Source: Rotaria socialis (Eukaryota). Taken from it: 20,000 nt of DNA. The DNA lies in assembly GCA_905331295.1 (NCBI GenBank), contig CAJNYD010000057.1, positions 123,221-143,220 on the forward strand, read 5' to 3'. The position numbers and the translations under genes were made by a program. Positions 1-12,193 of the stretch are shown here, piece after piece. The stretch's first letter is position 1. Each line of letters begins with the position of its first letter. The notes below the pieces were generated by a model. That model was given only the letters and a program-made list of their open reading frames with translations, was not told where the DNA came from and did no database searches.

Positions 1-79
1 CAGCGCGACTATCGTTCAACCAATAGAGTTTTATTGATGGAACATTCGAATCCGTCGTAGTATTCTGAATGTCAGTCAT
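1..79 (-). CDS. 5' end of a glutathione S-transferase, GTT1-like (fungal/bacterial type); runs off the window
   Basis: ATG at 79-77 gives MTDIQNTTTDSNVPSIKLYWLNDSRA..., resembling the N-terminal 'IKLYWLxxSR(S/A)xRI' motif of GTT1-like GSTs. Only 26 codons are visible. Confidence 0.6.
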   Translation of the reverse strand, partial: MTDIQNTTTDSNVPSIKLYWLNDSRA

Positions 80-1462
80 TGTTATGTAACCGTTGAAAAT
101 ACAAATGGAGAAATAATTTTATTATTACCAACGTATAGCCGACAGAATGATGAAAATGCACGCTTGTGACGTCTTTTATTATTCTCTTTTTCTTGACTTT
201 CTCTCCGTTCTGTTACTTATCATAGACTCTTCTTATATAATGTGCAACGACCCCACATAGTAGAATATTATACAGCAACAGTCAACATACAATCGAACAT
301 TATAAAATAGCTTTAGATCTTAAGGTATAAAAGCTTAGGTGAGTCATCTTGAAGATTAGACGAAGTACGTTTTGGTATGATAATTTAGTTTGTCATTTTA
401 ATATTTAACTGTTAAAATGATATGCAATCTTTCAACACAAAAAAAAAGGAAATAAAGCAAATATTTTTTTTCGTTATGTAAATTCTAGATACGCATGCTA
501 CACTTGAATATTGAATGTGTCGATATATGGACTAGTAAAAATTTACTCTCAACAATGATACTAGTCTATTTTGCCATTGAGGATGTAGATTTTTCTTTTT
601 TCATAAATTTAACAATAGCATCGCTGATTAGTTTAAATCTTTCTATCTTTATTCTTTCTAAAGATAAAATCATTGTATTCAAATAAAATAAATCTACTTC
701 ATAATGCCTCGTTGATTCTGTTCTTTTGACACGCCCGTCGATCGAGACGATAATAAAAAGGCTAGTGAACTAGAATTATTACATGAACATGTAATCGGCT
801 TGCGCTAAGTACCCTATCTGTTGATGAACTATTGATAAGTATATATCACATAAAATGTTATCGACATAGACATTCGAAGAATAATTTTGCGAAAGAAACG
901 TAATCATTAGACGTTTTTATCCTTTTATGTTCGTTGTTTTGAATAGAAAAATGAGTGATATTTTTTTATTTTTCCAAATCAAAGTCATATAAATTTTTCT
1001 TTTTTTTTAATTAATAGGAACTAAATTGTTTTTTATATAACAGCAATATAGAGGACAGAACACGAGAAGAATTTTGATGATGGCTACCGTTTTGACATTT
1101 TTTTTTCTTTTTCTTTCTCTTTCTTCTTCTATTGACTTTATCGGTGCCTGCATACACTCGTTTACGTGAATGGGCAAAAGAAACTGAGATATTGCACATA
1201 ACGAACCTCAATATATGAAATCTCACCTTGAACAGTAGATATTAACTTCCAATTTTCTAGAAAATTGATGTATACATTTATACTATCGTATATTTTCAAT
1301 AAAAATCATAATTTTCAGTGATTGTTATTGTAACACTTTATACATATGTATATACTTTATTTTAGATAAACATATTCACCTCATCCATTCATTCTTCTCG
1401 TTCTACTATTATTACATTTTTTTATACACGCGTGCACACATAAACGTCAGTAGAGTAAAACA

Positions 1463-2219
1463 ATGGCTCCTAAGAAGAGTAAAGCCGCGAAAGCATTATT
1501 AAAAAAAACTGGAACAATGGCGGCTACTGCAGCTGTAAGAAATAAGAAAGATTTTATTTTTTTAGATTCTTTTTATTGTTTGAATTCTTTAGGCTGGCCA
1601 AGAATTTTTAAAACAATCATGGGGTGAAGATAAATTAAATCGAGTTAATGCCTTACTTGGCGCCCGTGATAAAACAGATGCAAGTGCTACTGATGATGAT
1701 GATGCAGCAGCAGCAACAACATCGAGTTCAACTCCTGTTGATGCAACAACTGCTTCGTCAAGTGCTTCAAGTAGCACAAAGGTTAAGCCTAAATTAGTAA
1801 AAGCACGTACTATGAAAAATACTGCAAAAGTAAGTGAAATTGAATCGTAAAAAGAAACAAATAGATATTAATTCTATTAATTTTCAAAGGAAGCTAAAAC
1901 ATTAATCGGTTCAGCAGTTCTTGGTGATACACGTGCAGAAACAAAACGAAGACAAGCAGCTGTTAAAGCTAAAAAAACTCTTGAAGAAGTAACTAAGCCA
2001 ACAAGTGGACGTAAACCAGCTCTTAAACGACTCGGTACAATGGCTAATACAGCACGTGTAAATATTTTCTTAAGACAATTTTCTTTTCTTCAATTTAATT
2101 CTTATGTTTAACAGGAAGGTAAAGCATATGTTAAACGAACTGGTGGTAATAAAAAGAACGGTAGAGCTACAAGCGCAGGAAAACGAACTGGTGGTCGCGG
2201 CAAAAAAGCTACAAAATAA
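1463..2219 (+). CDS. 193-aa Lys/Ala/Thr-rich basic protein with three copies of an L-x4-T-M-x-x-T-A-x-(E/A)-(G/A) repeat; function unknown
   Basis: Exons 1463-1534, 1593-1829, 1890-2057 and 2115-2219 are joined by three phase-0 GT-AG introns (58, 60, 57 nt). The spliced frame is open: MAPKKSKAAKALLKKTGTMAATAA|AGQEFLKQSW...LVKARTMKNTAK|EAKTLIG...LKRLGTMANTAR|EGKAYVKRTGG...KKATK*. Confidence 0.85.
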
Positions 2220-3209
2220 ATATCAAGAATAACCAAAGACTAATTTATTTCCAAGCGTGGTTTCTTGATATTGATATTATGATCAACATTATCTTTAGCT
2301 TGTTTTCTTTCTTTTTTTCTTTTGACGTGCCACGCTTTTATTTAAAATCATGTTTTAGAATTATACTTACAGACAAAATCTCGTGTTCGATTTTCTACTT
2401 TTTCGTCGTTTAGCAACACATTTTCGTGTTTGCTTGGCACTTTTTAAATTGTATATCGTGATTTGAGGTTGATGTGTATAGTTTGTGCTACTCGTGCGTG
2501 TTATATGTGTGCGTAATCGAAAATTGTTTGCTTGAATCCGTTCTATTTTTCATAATTACGATTCTACTTTTTGTCCAATTTTTTTACGGACATGATAGTG
2601 GATTATAGATTTTATTATCCAACAGTTTGTTTTGTATAACTCAAGGTAGTAGTACGAGATCTCCCGATCATTCTTTTCTCTTCAATTTACAATGATATAT
2701 CAAAAGTGTGATGTACCCTCTCCGTGGATTTTCAATATACACAAGAAACAAAAAAATAGTTTTTTTTTTTTTATAATAGTTTCATTAATTATATTGTCCT
2801 TGTTAAAACATATGCTATCTCGTTTTTGTTTTTCTCCGTTTGACATTGTCATTTATATTATTAATAAGAAAGTTTGAAGTGTAAAACAAAAAAAGAAGAA
2901 ATCTTTCTATTCATTTCATTGAAGGAAGATCATTAATTGCACAATTAGTTTTATTCATTTTTATCCTTGATGGCTGCTGTGCTCAATCGAGAAAATTGTA
3001 ATTTAGTAGTATCGCAGGGCTACTACCTACCTACACATGCATGTGTTGCAATCTTTTTTGGAATAGAATAATTATGAAGAAGACGAACAAAAAAAAGGAG
3101 GCTGAAGTCAGCGCAACTTCTATGAGTATGGCTGCTTCTCGATTACTATTGGAAATAAAAAGAAAGAAAGAAAAAAATGAGAATATTAATATTCTAATCG
3201 ATCCTTATC

Positions 3210-3778
3210 ATGAATCAAATTCAAGTTTTACTTCATACTGCATTGATTGATTCAGGTCATATTGAAAAATGTGGTCTATTGATACGTGATACGAGTGAAA
3301 TAAAGACAACATCTGTTGGTTACAAAGTATGCACATAGATTTCATAACGAAGTTTCATTTATTGTCGTTTTCTCAGCTTGAACAATCCGATGTTGATACA
3401 CTTGTAAATGCGTTTAATCAACCAACAGCTCTACGTAAAAAAGGTCTTTATTTTAATGAAGTCTATTATACATGTATTCGAGCTGATAATGAATCAATTT
3501 ATGCGAAAGAGGTAATTGGAAATTTGTCCTTGGCTGCTGTTGCCATGTGTTCGTCGAAATATAATATGTATTCTGTTTTTATTATAGAATAATAGAGGAT
3601 TAATTTTAATTAAAACAAAAGTTTATATTCTTTTTGGTACATTTAATGATCGAATGAATCCAGCAATCGCCATTGAAGCTATTGAAAAATTAGGTAGAAC
3701 TTTCAACCTGAGAATTATATATACGTAAATAATTTTTATTATCTAGGTGATTATTTCAAAGCGAAAGAACAACAGTAA
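3210..3778 (+). CDS. PFN4: Profilin, profilin-4-like, 129 aa
   Basis: Exons 3210-3326, 3377-3511, 3588-3693 and 3747-3778 with GT-AG introns. Protein: MNQIQVLLHTALIDSGHIEKCGLL...LRKKGLYFNEVYYTCIRADNESIYAKE|NNRGLILIKTKVYILFGTFNDRMNPAIAIEAIEKLG|DYFKAKEQQ. The 'YxCxRADxxSxYAK' and 'EAxEKLGDY' motifs are typical of profilin-4. Confidence 0.88.
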
Positions 3779-4367
3779 TTGTTTAATATTTTATATTCTC
3801 ATTTTTCTTTTTACATATTAAATAAATTTCAACATGAGTAAAATTTTGATGTATTACAACACATGAACAGATTCATCTGTAAGATGTAAAACTCGATTAT
3901 ATCTGTCTACTTGAGATAAAGTTACATTAAACACATTCGAATGAATCTTTCGTTTCGATAACTTTTTCGACATTTTATTTCGTAGAAATAGTTATAATAC
4001 ATTTATTTGATTGTTCAAAATAGCAAGGGTAAACTCATTTGCACGCATCGGACATAACATGATATGTGTTATATCGATTTTTCTCATTGTTTAATTTGAA
4101 ATCTATCATGAGATGAACATTTGTTAGTGTTAGTAAAAGAAAATAATATGATGATAATGAATCCACAAATTAGTTTCTCGTATTTAAGATTCCAGTACCA
4201 TCACATTTGTAGTGTCCTCTAACTTTTTTTACGGCATTCTTAATTATGTAAAATTGAATTACGTAGTAAGTAAATCAACGACATGAGAACCTTTTTTCTG
4301 TGAAAAATAACAATAGTCTTTTCTTTTGATTAGATATTTATTTCGTTGAGTATAGTATATTAATCAA

Positions 4368-6419
4368 TTACACTTTTTTTTTCACGGATTCGAGATTGTT
4401 TTTATATAATTGAATACGTGGATGATTCTCAGATAGTGAGTTTGTTAGTATTTCAAGAGCTCTTTCACAATATGAAACAGCTTTTGGATATTCTTCAATC
4501 TTAGAATACACCATTCCCATATGTCCATAGGTAGGAGCGAAATCAGAATGATCTGGTGGAAGACTTTTTTCTTGTATTTCTAACGCTTTTCGGTGTGATG
4601 AGAGTGCTGCAGAATAGTCGCCCATTGCAGAGTACACCAACCCAATATTGTTGTAAGAAGTAGCCAAACTTGGATGATGTGAAGGAAGGATGTCTTCTTT
4701 AATCGTCACTGCCTTTTGATAATATAACAATGCGTTCGAATAGTCACCCATGCTATTATACACAGAACCAATGTTATTGAAAGAAACAGCAACGTGAGAA
4801 CGATTTGCAGGAGGAGATTGTTGATAGATTTTCAGTGCTTTTTGATGAAATAAAAGTGCATTCGAATAATCATCTATCTTATTATATGCCAAACCGATGC
4901 AACCATAAGAAGCAGCCAAATCAACATCCTGTGGCGAAAGAATCTTCTCGTTGATTTCAATAGCTCGTTCATAGTAGGCAATTACATTTGCATATTGACC
5001 TTGTCCATCTTTCACTATCCCAAACATATGATAAAGATGTGATTTTTCTCGATCTGACTTTGTCTGAAGAAGTAAGATATCGTATACATCTTCGGCTTTG
5101 TCGAATTTTCCCAGTTTAATCAGCAATTTACCCAAACGATCCCATCCCTCGAGCTGAGGATAGGTCTCTTTTCGTATGTGTTCAGTAAGTGATTGGAGAT
5201 CTGGATCGTTATCACTGGTGAGTGTTAAGTCGACTTGCCAAAGACGACTATTTCCGTTAATTTTATCGATCGCTCCAATTCGAAAAATTGAATGCATGGA
5301 GAACAAAATTTCGGCTTCTTTCTTGTAGTAACTTACAGTAGATATATTAGCAAATGGTGTTGACGGAATAGATGGATCGATTTTCATGGAAAATAAAATT
5401 CCAATCACATCGGGTGTTTCTATAGCTGACTGAGCAAATTCAAGCGATATTTCACGGTTTTTACTAGTTGATAAAAAGTTATTAAATGACAGAAGTCCAC
5501 CCTGTGTCTTGAACATTTTATCGAAGTCAGTCTTTGAAAGGCCTTGACCACGAAAGGTAGTAAACGATGTCATATTTGCTTGTTCAACATATTGTTTTCT
5601 ATGAAGCTTAAAAATGGCGCCATGAAGATCGCGGATAAAAAATCCCATTCTTATGATAAGGTCGATTTCCATCGTCCGTAATGATCGGTTGAGCATCCCA
5701 TACAAAAAACAGTTACAGGTATACCAAAAAATCGGGAACTCCTTTTGGTATTTTTCTTCCAGCTGTTCGACGAACTTAAGTTCTTCCGGATTATTCGCAA
5801 AAATTTCTCGACAATAGTTAAGAAATTCATTTGCGTGACGTTGTTCGAAAGGAATAGTTAATAAAATTTCTTTCATTATTTGGGTGTACATGAACGAAGA
5901 GTCAAGTTCATTGAGATTTAATTTCCTATTAACATCATTTGTTTCAAACATGCTGATTGGCGTCGCATCTTGATCACATTGTTGTACAGCTTGTTGAAGG
6001 GTTTCACAGAGTCGAGCAGTGCGTGTAAAGACGCCTTTTACTTTAGGCCACTGTTTAATCCATTCTTCATGTCGTGTTTTGTTCCCACAAAATATATAAA
6101 TTGTATTGATTTGAGACATACCATGTACGCGTGGAACTATGGTTTGTGCAAATGCACCCGACGTGATAAAAAATATTTTTTCGTGTATAACTTTTCCGAT
6201 ATAATTAAGACACGTATCAACATCCGTAAATGCATCGAATTTGTAAATAATTTCTTTTAGTTTTGAGATAATATGTTTGCAATCTTCATTTCCGTCTGGA
6301 TCGATGCTACTATCGAGCCAGACTAGCAAGAAATTCTGCACTATACGACCATGAGAAGAGTGTTGTTGCTCTACGCTCGTATGATCAGCATTCGTTGAAG
6401 ATTTTTCTTTTGTATCCAT
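4368..6419 (-). CDS. NAD+-dependent ADP-ribosyltransferase (R-S-E class) with C-terminal TPR repeats, 683 aa, intronless
   Basis: Catalytic motifs FRGQG, FLSTS and EAEILF (R, STS, ExE) are followed by about 5-6 TPRs (e.g. LATSYNNIGLVYSAMGDYSAALSSHRKALEI). The N-terminal alpha/beta region (FLLVWLD...IFFITSG...IYIFC) is typical of the family expanded in bdelloid rotifers. Confidence 0.9.
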   Translation of the reverse strand: MDTKEKSSTNADHTSVEQQHSSHGRIVQNFLLVWLDSSIDPDGNEDCKHIISKLKEIIYKFDAFTDVDTCLNYIGKVIHEKIFFITSGAFAQTIVPRVHGMSQINTIYIFCGNKTRHEEWIKQWPKVKGVFTRTARLCETLQQAVQQCDQDATPISMFETNDVNRKLNLNELDSSFMYTQIMKEILLTIPFEQRHANEFLNYCREIFANNPEELKFVEQLEEKYQKEFPIFWYTCNCFLYGMLNRSLRTMEIDLIIRMGFFIRDLHGAIFKLHRKQYVEQANMTSFTTFRGQGLSKTDFDKMFKTQGGLLSFNNFLSTSKNREISLEFAQSAIETPDVIGILFSMKIDPSIPSTPFANISTVSYYKKEAEILFSMHSIFRIGAIDKINGNSRLWQVDLTLTSDNDPDLQSLTEHIRKETYPQLEGWDRLGKLLIKLGKFDKAEDVYDILLLQTKSDREKSHLYHMFGIVKDGQGQYANVIAYYERAIEINEKILSPQDVDLAASYGCIGLAYNKIDDYSNALLFHQKALKIYQQSPPANRSHVAVSFNNIGSVYNSMGDYSNALLYYQKAVTIKEDILPSHHPSLATSYNNIGLVYSAMGDYSAALSSHRKALEIQEKSLPPDHSDFAPTYGHMGMVYSKIEEYPKAVSYCERALEILTNSLSENHPRIQLYKNNLESVKKKV

Positions 6420-6859
6420 GATGAACGGTGAGTTTATTTAATTGAAAAGCAACTGAAATCGAAAGAGTTGAATTTATATGAAATATCGACATTTTTTTAA
6501 CAATCATTTCTATTTACTTGTTTCTTTTTTGTGCTATGGTCGTTCTTGGTTTTTTTCTGCTTCGTTGAAGTGCTTGACTTCTCTATACATTAGCTAGCAA
6601 TTCCGGTCACATTTTCTTTTCTCTCATTTGTTTTTGTAAATCGAGGCAGAACCGTCTACATCGTCGTTTGAAAATATTTGACGCATTCTTTAACTTGAAT
6701 TAAGTTTGAAAAAGAGCGATTTCTAAAGAAAATGAGCTATATTATTCTTTAGTAAAGATCATTAATGATCGGTTACCTGCTTCGGAAAAATCTTCACTAT
6801 AGGATTTCTGATTGATACAATATCAAATGTTGCATCGATGCTCTTTAATGTTCAACTAG

Positions 6860-7750
6860 CATACTTTAGAATCTAAAAAAAATCTATAATATTTATTAAA
6901 TAAATCTGTAACAATCAAATTCCTTTTGTTGAATAAAAGTAAAATAATGTTATTCCATTTTGCCAAATCTTCGATATCAATATCTTGTGCTCCACCCTCG
7001 GACGATTTTGTTCTTGTCTTTCATGCTCCTTGTTTTATATAGATTTTCCAATTATTATGAGACGCATTTTTTTCTCACCATTGGCCATCATAAAAAAAGA
7101 TTTGAACGAATAATTGTCCCTTTTTACACCCATGATGTTCTAAGCGACTGAAGAACGGTGGAATAAAATGAATGTAACTAAGTTCAGTTGTGAAGTTTGT
7201 TCATGTCGCGTTAACTTAAATGAAGCTGATTCACTATTGACCGAGAAAAAAGGTGAAGGTACGATTCGTTCAGATCGAATACAGGATGCTTGTGAAGGTT
7301 TGCCAATAGTTCCATCATGTGTAAAATCTATATATTAGCTAAATTATCAACCATTAAATCATAAGGAATATCAAGATAACATGAATCTTCTGGTGATAAT
7401 AAAAATTCCTCATTTGCATTTTGTACTTCCGAGAAAAGACCATGTGGAATTAAATTGCTATCAGCTAATTCACGTTTTCCTGCTCATGTACTGGTAATGT
7501 TCGGGCACATATTAATGAAGCTGCATTTGATTTTTTTGATACCGATGGAATACGAACACATTGACCATTGGCACCAAATTGTCAACCATGATAGATACAT
7601 TCGAGATTCCCTTCTTTTGTCATTTGACCTAAACTAAGTGGAGCTGACCGATGTGGACATATATCTAGGATACATACTACTTCGCCATCATTTGTTCGAT
7701 ATAAACATAATGGTTCATTGAGTAAGCGAAATCCAAAAGGTAGTTCATAA
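6860..7750 (-). pseudogene. Decayed Rieske non-heme iron oxygenase (pheophorbide a oxygenase/CAO-like); boundaries approximate
   Basis: Reads GFRLLNEPLCLYRTNDGEVVCILDICPHRSAPLSLG...LECIYHG*QFGANGQCVRIP, i.e. the Rieske CxH...CxxH motif with TGA (7584-7582) in place of the conserved Trp. A frameshift removes the expected 'GxxWxW' segment, and the mononuclear iron site reads LMVDNLANI/[frameshift]DFTHDGTIG, lacking D-x-x-H. Further frameshifts follow. Confidence 0.85.
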
Positions 7751-8289
7751 ATACACCGATAAGAGCAGAAGTTGATAGTGATAGAAATGCGATAAACATC
7801 TTGAGTACAAGTGAAAAACAGAGAATCTAACAAGGTTATTTATGCAAAAAGAATCAACTAAAAATATATAAATAGACCCATACCAGAAGAGACGTTATAA
7901 TACGTAAGCGTCATACGTTATGTAATCGATGCAGTGTTAAAAAAGTACAAAGTCTCGATTTCAATGTATGACTTAAATGAAATATTATTTAGGCTTTACA
8001 ATAGTATTACATGTTCGTCATGTTAAGAATGAAAAATTCTATTTAAAAAAAAGTTTTTAAATTCTAGAATAGACTAGACAATACTATTTTGAACACTAAA
8101 AATGTGATCGCTTCAAGTAGTAAATATTCATTTACGTTCTTTGTATTTCTCTTTTTCTTCTTTGTGAACCATGTGCCTTTGTCTCTTTTCTCTTTTCTTC
8201 GTCTACTGATTATGAATCTATATATGTCATTCGTGTATGATTTATCTGTTAAATAATTTACAGTTAAAAAAAATCTAGTATTGACTAGC

Positions 8290-10069
8290 ATGGATATATT
8301 TAACTTTATAAATGATTCATTTGAATACATTGAAAGTGAAGGTCATTTTTTTTGTTCTGATAATAATGTTGAATGTAATTTTGATAATGAATTAAATGAT
8401 ATTTTATTAACACGATCAACTCGGTCTCAAGAAATACACTCATCACCATTACGTCCAATTGATTTACCTTCACATAGGAAACATTATGGTCTTCTTAGCT
8501 TTTATCAATATCGTATTCCGATAGTATTTCGGTTCGTAATAGACTAAAATCACTAGACATTAATATTTATTCTTTTATTTTTAAAGTTTATCAAATAATC
8601 ATTATGTGCCATATATTCGATTTTCCTATGCACTGAATGCACTTGATCAACATCAATTGCATGGTAGAACACCCATATTAAATATGGTAAAAAATCTACC
8701 AATTCTTGAAATGACATCGATTGAAATTGTCTATTATGATCGACTTACGAGTTCATTATCGTCAACAATTGATATGATACCTGAAAATCATTCGGAATGG
8801 TCGAATAGATTATTAAGTGTTGCTTTACTTGATTGTCTTCTTGGTATACTTGACTGTTCAACATCATTATTTCAAACAAATGATATAAATACACAAAAAT
8901 GGGATCAAATTCTTGATACGATGAGACAAGAAGTTAAATCAAGATGGACAATTGAAGAAAAATTAGTTCTAAATCAAGTAGAAAAGTAAAAAATTTATTT
9001 TTCAGTACTACGATATCTATTTATAATTATTTGAGAAAGTACGAAAAAACTGTAGATTTCAAATATATGAAATATTCATATGTAACTGTCTTATTTTGGC
9101 TTATACGAGAATAAGAGTTAATCGAATCGGACATAAGGATGTTTCCTTGAAAGTAAAATTATCAATAAATTTTTCTTCTAGACAAAATCAGCAATCAAAT
9201 CATGATTCCAATCCAATCTGTGTTTCGTCGACAAACATTGCACAACGACGATTACTTTTTGAAAGACGTGTACGTTTTGTTAAGAATTTAATTCAAATCG
9301 TGTTTACATAAATATTTTCTTCTATGTTTAGCTTGATCTATCGATTGTTGAAGAATCTGGTGGTTTCGTTCAAATCGATTCATTTATTTTTCCATATGTT
9401 AAATGTTTAAATGAAAAAAAAATCTATTTAAATTTAAATGATATTCATACTCGTTATCATCAATATTTACTTTTACCATCATCATGTATCCGTTGTTTTC
9501 CTTTAGATTCACCTGTAGTTCATGCATATAATATAATAAGTGAACAAACACGAGAAAACTTCTTTTGGAATTCCATTCATGGTAGTGTTTATATGTCCAA
9601 ACGATTGCCCAATCGTAAAACACAAGATTTTCAATTAAAATTTCTTTCATTAGATACATTTCTTAAGTCGAAAGGAATATGTTTTGTACAATTATTTGAA
9701 AAATCTTCACTTGATTATTTATCCACAAATTATAAAAACCAATTCGGCCGACAATTTGTTATTGGTGACTATACAAGAAAATGTGGCTTTATTAATAATG
9801 AAATACCGTATATTCGTATTGACAAAGATGAAACGCATTATCGAACATGGATACCAACAGAAACGAAATCAGCGCGTATAATGACGCATGATGAACGTTT
9901 GTTTATTAATTCTATGCTTCTGTATCATGGTCATTGGGATATGGTTTTATCTAAAGAACAACGTTGGTATTTAGAAGAAATCGATATTGATATCCTAAGT
10001 TCAATTATAAGTTTATTTGATAAAGAATACTATGAAAGACAACAAAGAAAATTATTGGTTCATTGTTAA
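8290..10069 (+). CDS. Uncharacterised protein, about 488 aa, 4 predicted exons
   Basis: Exons 8290-8531, 8587-8985, 9182-9269 and 9332-10069 join ORF-track fragments 8281, 8606, 9096 and 9593 into one open frame via GT-AG introns. The acceptor of intron 2 is uncertain (9181 or 9055). No recognisable domain. Confidence 0.65.
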
Positions 10070-10599
10070 AATATATTTTTGTGAATTGCTTTTGAAATAA
10101 AAAAGAAACGTGTTTTTTTTTACTTTAAAAATCTTTTCTTACAAAGAACTTATTGTTATTTATGAGCGTAAAATGAACAACAGAACAAATCATCCTTGAA
10201 GAATTTTCTAGATTCTCTGATGAGCTGTATTCTATTTTTATTAGTTCAATATCTAACAATTCCTTTTTATCGTCACTCTCGCACTCTAGAATGAATGTAT
10301 GAATCCTTTTTCTTTTTTGAATTAATTAAAGTACGATTTGATTTGAATTTATATAAGTATTACGAGACAGACACATGATGAAGTTCATTGTAAAGAGAAA
10401 AAAATGCGTCTTCAATATTGATTGTAAGAGAGAAGAGAAAAGAAACAGTAAGTAAAAAATAACAATTCCAAAGATCAATTCTTCTTGTAAAATTTTTATT
10501 TATTTTTCTATCATCCTTGATTTAAAAAACTATATATACTTCATACAAAATAAATTCATTCTTTTTCTTATTTCAATCACTTCTTACGTAAAGATATAT

Positions 10600-11133
10600 A
10601 TGGATTTTTCAAATTGTCAATCACAATTCGAAAAATGTGCTATTGATCAATGTAGTCGTAGACCACGATCATCATGTAAATGTTGTAAACAAGAACTATG
10701 CTATCAGCACTTATGGAAACATGAAGATTTACTTATTGCTCAATTGAAACTATTAAAAAAAGATATTCACGAAGTCAATCGTCGATTACAAACAGTGAAT
10801 GTACGAGAATCAATGTCAAATTTTCGCGAACATCTAAAAAAATGGCGTATTAATTGTTACACAATTATTGATAGTTTATGTGATAGAAAATCTGAAGAAT
10901 TTTACGAATATATTGATATGAATTTTAGTCAACAACGCAAAAATATTGGCCATATACAAAAACGAATTGAAGAATTTATTAAAAGTGAAGACGGAAATCC
11001 ACAAGAAATAAACTTGATAAAATCAACTGTTGATGATCTTAGTAGAAAAATGGATAAAATTCAAAAATCAGATTTTCCCGTTACAGTTTTACCATTAAAC
11101 ATTGATGAAAATTTAATTCAAATCAATTATTAA
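10600..11133 (+). CDS. B-box-like zinc finger plus coiled-coil protein, 177 aa, intronless
   Basis: CAIDQC...SCKCCKQELCYQHLWKHE Cys/His cluster followed by a heptad-rich helical region; clean ORF within AT-rich flanks. Confidence 0.72.
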   Translation: MDFSNCQSQFEKCAIDQCSRRPRSSCKCCKQELCYQHLWKHEDLLIAQLKLLKKDIHEVNRRLQTVNVRESMSNFREHLKKWRINCYTIIDSLCDRKSEEFYEYIDMNFSQQRKNIGHIQKRIEEFIKSEDGNPQEINLIKSTVDDLSRKMDKIQKSDFPVTVLPLNIDENLIQINY

Positions 11134-12193
11134 TTTTTCTATTCTTGAAAGTTTTTTTTTCTTTTTTATATTAGAATAAGTATAAACAAATTAATGATTA
11201 GACGAATTAGAATATAAAGTATTTATTGATATAAAATAAATAAAAATAGATGTACAAACATTAGAGTTATTTTTTAAATCAATGCCGTAAAGTCTCGAGT
11301 AGAACTCATGGCTTCTGCACATGCTTTTTGAAACGCTTCTAAATTTCAAAACAAACATAGTGATCATTTTCCTACCAGGTAAACTAAAAAATATATGAAC
11401 GACATCTTTAAGCCAGCAGTGTCCGAGGAGTGAGAAATAGGAACTCCTAAAGTGTCGAGGAATTGTCAGTGTTGTTGTGATAATTCCAAGAAGAAATGGG
11501 AATCAAGTATCGGTTCCCTCATAGTTCCACGATTCACGAAAGCCGCAACATTGCTGTTTTAAAAATAATTTTTGCATGAAATTATTGAATCTCACACTTT
11601 TGCAAGTGAAAATGAGTGTAAGAACAAAAATTATCGTGAATATTGTATATTTTTACCTTTAGTATGCAAGGAACTGTAGGGGAACTGATGAGGAATTATT
11701 AATCCTCAGTCCTTGGACACTCCTCGTGGATGTCGATGATATTTAGGTATGAAGTTATTAACCAACACCCACTCCCTCAAGATAGTACATCGAAAATCAG
11801 CATAACTCATTAAAAAAGAAGTATTGCATCAACGATATCTTATATTTCTAGCTGAAGAGCGCGACCGCGTGTTATGATGATACAATACAACACAAATTTG
11901 GTTGTGTGATTACGTATGACGTGTCTCACACGAAGTAACCTTTTCTTTTGTTGAAGAACGAAAAGAAAACGGCTAATCTTAACCATGTGCAGTAGAGACC
12001 GTTTGTCATGCTCTCTTATCTAAAATCACTTTTTATATAATTCATTGATTCTAATATTATATTTAAAAAAAAACAGAAGACTTTGAAGAATCGTAAAAAT
12101 ATATATCGTTACAATATCAAAGGAACAAGATGAAAACATTTCTATGACCCAAAACATGCAATTTATGTCACACATGTTATTGATCTTAATTAT

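Noticed and set aside
495..3250. Short ORF-track entries at 495, 1011, 1589, 2692 and 3041
   Set aside because: Low-complexity AT-rich chance ORFs, or antisense/out-of-frame overlaps with the spliced genes.
11270..11720. Possible minus-strand exon remnants (QCCGFRESWNY, tetraspanin-like CCG; AFQKACAEAMSSTRDF)
   Set aside because: Fragments are short, stop-interrupted and cannot be joined into a consistent model.
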